Shown here in pieces: positions 31,148-33,424 of a stretch of DNA of 33,424 nt (position 1 is the stretch's first letter; the number at the start of each line of letters is the position of its first letter). The position numbers and the translations under genes were made by a program. The stretch spans positions 1-33,424 of the forward strand of contig JAQUNU010000001.1 in the NCBI GenBank assembly GCA_028717445.1, given 5' to 3'. Source of the DNA: Candidatus Portnoybacteria bacterium (lineage in GTDB: Bacteria > Patescibacteriota > Minisyncoccia > Portnoybacterales > GWB1-42-6). A model generated the notes under the pieces. The model saw only the letters and a list, made by a program, of their open reading frames with translations. It was not told the DNA's origin and searched no databases.

Positions 31148-32887
31148 TTATATTTCTGTTTCTGACAGTTCGCCCGTGACTCTTTCAATTTCTTCAATAC
31201 TGGTAATGCCGTCAACCGCTTTTAACAAGCCGTCTTGGCGCAGCGTGACCATTCCCGCCGCCTTGGCGGCTTTTTCTATTTCCAGCGTTTGAGTATTTTT
31301 GGCGATAAGCTCCTGAATTTTTTCGTCTTTGAAAAAAACTTCGTAAATGGCGATTTGGCCGCGGTATCCCAGGCCCTGGCATTCGTCGCAGCTGCCCGGC
31401 TGGAAAAATTCTAAATTATCCAAATTCTTTTCAATCGCCAAGCCCTTCAAATTCTCTTTGATTGCGTCCAGAACTTTTTTTTCGGGATGATACGGTTTTT
31501 TGCATTTCGGACAGAGCCGGCGGACTAAGCGCTGGGCCATAAAAAAATTCATGGCCAAAGCCAGATCTCCCGGTCCAATCCCGAAGTTAAAAAGACGCTG
31601 GACCGAGGCGGTGGCGTCGTTGGCGTGGAGAGTGGAAACAACTAAATGGCCGGTCAGAGAGGACTGGATGGCAACCTTGGCGGTCTCTTCGTCTCTGATC
31701 TCGCCGACCATGATTACATTCGGGTTTTGCCGCAAGATAGCCCGAAGCGCCTGAGCAAAGCTATATTTTTCTTGGGTGGTCGCTTGCAGCTGCCCCGAGG
31801 CGATCATGATTGGTCGGCTTGAAGACGTGTCTTTTTGGCTGACTTGTGTCTGGACGATGCCCGGTATCCGATATTCAACCGGATCTTCAATTGTGATTAT
31901 TTTTACTTTCGGATCATTAAGATAATTTAAGAACGCGTAAAGCGTGGTTGTTTTTCCGGAACCGGTCGGGCCGGTATTTAAAATAAGGCCATTGGGTTTT
32001 TTGATCGCGTGTTTTATGGTTTCAAGCAGTTTGCTTTCAAGCCCCAAGTTTTCAATCGATAATTTTTGGACGCCGATTCCCAGAAGCCGGATAACGATGG
32101 TTTCGTTTTCCGCTTCCGGCAAAATAGAAATTCTGGCTTCGATCTCTTTGATAATTTCTATCTGTTGGTTTTGTTTTTTGACGATCTGGATCGTGAAGCG
32201 TCCGTCTTGGCTGGTGTCATGCACATTGATTTTCATGTCAGAAAGAATTTTGATTCTTGTGAGCAGGGCTTGGTAGGCGCGGAGCGGAAAAGAGGAGATA
32301 TTCTGCAGAACGCCGTCGATCCGGTAGCGTAAGCGGATTTCGTTGGCCGGTTCGATATGGATGTCGCCGGCCTCGGCTTTTAGAGCTCCGGCGATGATGG
32401 TCTCCAAAAGTTCCGTTGTCGAGATCGAGTTAAAGGTGTCTTTCAGCTCGCTGACCTTTTTTATTCTTTGGTTGAATTGTTCAAGATTTTCCTGTTCGAT
32501 TCTGATTTTTCCGACAAGAGGCGCTTCTTTGGCGGCGCTTTGATAAAAATTCAAAGCGCGCTTGAGGCTTGAGGCCGAGATGATCGTTTTAGTCACCGAG
32601 AGGCCCATGTGTTCGAGCTGGCTGATTTTTGCCAGGGTGGTTTTATTTTCAGGATCGACTAAGCCCACGGTTATATCTTTATTGTTTCGTTTCAAAACCA
32701 CGATTTCTCCCTCTTGCGCTTCTAATCGCGGGATAGTGGAGAGGACGTCGGCGTTTATCGGAAAGATTTGCAGATTTAAATAAGGCAGATTTTTCTTCTT
32801 GGCGCTTCGCTCCGCCTCTTGTTCTTCTTGATCCCGGTGGATTTGTTCAATTTTTTCGCTGACTTTTAAATTTTTTTGTGTAGGCAT
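31148..32887 (-). CDS. pilB: Type IV pilus / type II secretion ATPase, PilB/GspE family
   Basis: 579 aa with Walker A GPTGSGKTTT, an Asp box IEDPVEY, Walker B IMVGEIRD, a His box TGHLVVSTLHAND and a tetracysteine CPKC...CDEC motif. Confidence 0.9.
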   Translation of the reverse strand: MPTQKNLKVSEKIEQIHRDQEEQEAERSAKKKNLPYLNLQIFPINADVLSTIPRLEAQEGEIVVLKRNNKDITVGLVDPENKTTLAKISQLEHMGLSVTKTIISASSLKRALNFYQSAAKEAPLVGKIRIEQENLEQFNQRIKKVSELKDTFNSISTTELLETIIAGALKAEAGDIHIEPANEIRLRYRIDGVLQNISSFPLRAYQALLTRIKILSDMKINVHDTSQDGRFTIQIVKKQNQQIEIIKEIEARISILPEAENETIVIRLLGIGVQKLSIENLGLESKLLETIKHAIKKPNGLILNTGPTGSGKTTTLYAFLNYLNDPKVKIITIEDPVEYRIPGIVQTQVSQKDTSSSRPIMIASGQLQATTQEKYSFAQALRAILRQNPNVIMVGEIRDEETAKVAIQSSLTGHLVVSTLHANDATASVQRLFNFGIGPGDLALAMNFFMAQRLVRRLCPKCKKPYHPEKKVLDAIKENLKGLAIEKNLDNLEFFQPGSCDECQGLGYRGQIAIYEVFFKDEKIQELIAKNTQTLEIEKAAKAAGMVTLRQDGLLKAVDGITSIEEIERVTGELSETEI

Positions 32888-32970
32888 AACTCCGAAACAT
32901 ATCGGTATGTCAATCCGTGGCTGGCGGATGAATATCGAGATGAAATTTGAATGGATATCTCTATTCTAAT

Positions 32971-33424
32971 TTACAACAAAGGAGTTAGCAAGGCCGAAAT
33001 TTTCTGTTTTGCTTCCGTAGCGTCGCAGGCGGCGATTTTGAACAGGCCGCGGCTGTTTTTGATCGTGCCGCCCAATTCAAGATGCAGCTTTTGAAGCAAA
33101 TCCGTTCTAGGCGAATGCGCCAAGATTGAAACTATGCCCGTTTCTTCGTAGTAAAAAATAAATGTTATTTTAAGCTGAGGCAAAAGATCTTTTACTTCCT
33201 CCAAGATGAAAAGCAGGTCTTTGGGGGAGGTTTGGGTCTCGGTGAAATCTTCATTTTTTGTTTCCAGCCAGGCGATATTTTTTTCGTTTTGCCATTCAAG
33301 GCCGCCCAGAAGCCGGCCCCAGAGCTTGAGCTGATTGAGCGGCTTGGTTTTGTAAAGGGCTTTGATGATTTTTTCCTTTTCGGCGCCTTGAGTTATCAGC
33401 CAGGAGGCCAGATTGAAAGTCTGG
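32971..33424 (-). CDS. DHH-family phosphoesterase (NrnA-like), C-terminal DHHA1 fragment (5' end outside the window)
   Basis: The minus-strand frame is open from 33423 down to the stop at 32971. It translates to ...LITQGAEKEKIIKALYKTKPLNQLKLWGRLL...VSILAHSPR.DLLQKLHLELGG..., matching the NrnA/DHHA1 C-terminal layout, although the usual GGGH is degenerate. Confidence 0.55.
   Translation of the reverse strand, partial: QTFNLASWLITQGAEKEKIIKALYKTKPLNQLKLWGRLLGGLEWQNEKNIAWLETKNEDFTETQTSPKDLLFILEEVKDLLPQLKITFIFYYEETGIVSILAHSPRTDLLQKLHLELGGTIKNSRGLFKIAACDATEAKQKISALLTPLL

Noticed and set aside
1-33424. I searched the intergenic regions for CRISPR arrays, tRNA/rRNA genes, and transposase or integrase genes.
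   Set aside because: I found no regularly spaced repeats, no cloverleaf-compatible 70-90-nt GC-rich segments, and no ORFs with DDE or tyrosine/serine recombinase signatures. tRNAscan and cmscan would be the definitive check.

Overview
This window looks like the replication-origin neighbourhood of a small, moderately AT-rich bacterial chromosome. The gene content suggests a Patescibacteria/CPR-type organism, which is an inference. The core is the canonical block jag-yidC-yidD-rnpA-rpmH (minus strand) facing dnaA-dnaN-DUF721/DciA-like (plus strand). rpmH is absent from the ORF track; I translated it by hand.

Left of the origin are a UvrD/PcrA helicase 3' end and rsmA. They are followed by an 11.7-kb co-directional, tightly packed cluster (1555-13311) that reads as a minimal Gram-positive-style type IV secretion-like apparatus. 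It has a polytopic VirB6/TrbL-like protein, a PrgI/VirB3-like protein, a VirB4-like ATPase and two VirB2-like 'T4SS pilin' paralogs. Several unrecognisable membrane, secreted or proline-rich proteins and a PD40/TolB-like propeller complete it. No relaxase, coupling protein or integrase is present. A glycan-export trio follows on the minus strand (two O-antigen-ligase-like proteins plus a Wzx/MOP flippase).

Right of the origin are a class A PBP, ruvC, yebC, a double lamin-tail-domain surface protein, ruvB, a PilB/GspE ATPase and an NrnA-like DHH phosphoesterase 3' end.

The items most worth a second look are:
- A 278-bp, 100% identical direct repeat gives the two pilin-like genes the same N-terminal module. 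One of them is fused to a putative LAS/M15-like peptidoglycan peptidase domain.
- Two perfect DnaA boxes sit on the promoter of the T4SS-like cluster.
- A ~135-bp inverted-repeat element (hairpin, extended -10, palindrome) lies upstream of both the DciA-like gene and ruvC.
- A ~600-bp GC-rich stretch has no convincing ORF.
- A promoter-to-terminator unit encodes a 55-aa hyper-acidic peptide.
- A consensus promoter drives a ~200-nt candidate structured RNA closed by a 27-bp helix.

No CRISPR array, rRNA or tRNA was seen.
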